This document shows positions 19,788 to 20,000 of a DNA stretch of 20,000 bases, one piece after another. The stretch is from Rhizaria sp. SCN 62-66 (taxonomy: Eukaryota): assembly GCA_001724265.1 (NCBI GenBank), contig MEDY01000108.1, positions 55,742-75,741 on the forward strand, written 5' to 3'. Made by a program: the position numbers and the translations under genes. The first letter of the stretch is position 1; the number at the start of each line of letters is the position of its first letter. Under the pieces are notes generated by a model. The model did not search any database. It saw only the letters and a list, made by a program, of their open reading frames with translations, and was not told the DNA's origin.

Positions 19788-20000
19788 ATGAAGCACTTGC
19801 TTGTCGGTGGCGCCGGCGCGGTGGGCGTAACGTACGCGCTTGCACTACACCGTGCGGGCCATTCCGTTGGCATTTATGTGCGTCCCAAGCGCCACGCGGA
19901 GTACCACGCAGCTGCCAAGGCCAAGATTGAGGGGAGCAAGAACAGCGGTAACATTGTGACCGACACCCAGCCCGTGTTGACGGCTTACGATGTCACACCT
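19788..20000 (+). CDS. 5' end of a ketopantoate reductase (PanE/ApbA)-like NAD(P)-binding Rossmann-fold protein, truncated by the window edge
   Basis: Not in the ORF track. GCC-ATG start, then MKHLLVGGAGAVGVTYALALHRAGHSVGIYVRPKRH..., matching the GAGAVG..Y...L..AGH.V...VR pattern of PanE/ApbA N-termini; 71 open codons to the window end. Confidence 0.75.
   Translation, partial: MKHLLVGGAGAVGVTYALALHRAGHSVGIYVRPKRHAEYHAAAKAKIEGSKNSGNIVTDTQPVLTAYDVTP

Overview
Eukaryotic, most likely protist, nuclear DNA with GT-AG spliceosomal introns and many trinucleotide/homopolymer amino-acid repeats. Six coding units are supported: (1) a 4-exon paraoxonase/arylesterase (PON-family) gene on the minus strand, 233-3919; (2) a divergently transcribed 3-exon gene for a ~2650-aa low-complexity/coiled-coil protein, 4287-12782; (3) an importin-alpha-like ARM-repeat gene, minus strand, 13320-16025; (4) an intronless type I DnaJ/Hsp40 gene ending in a CaaX box, minus strand, 16805-18091; (5) an apparently orphan terminal exon, 18862-19068; (6) the 5' end of a ketopantoate-reductase-like Rossmann-fold gene, 19788 to the window end. 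The main observation is that two neighbouring, otherwise intact genes each carry one in-frame TAG inside an exon (3145-3147 minus strand, between conserved PON motifs; 6489-6491 plus strand, inside a poly-Gln run). All five visible gene ends use TGA or TAA. This suggests a variant nuclear code in which UAG is a rare sense codon while UAA/UGA remain stops. Readthrough, nonsense alleles or sequence errors cannot be excluded from this window alone.
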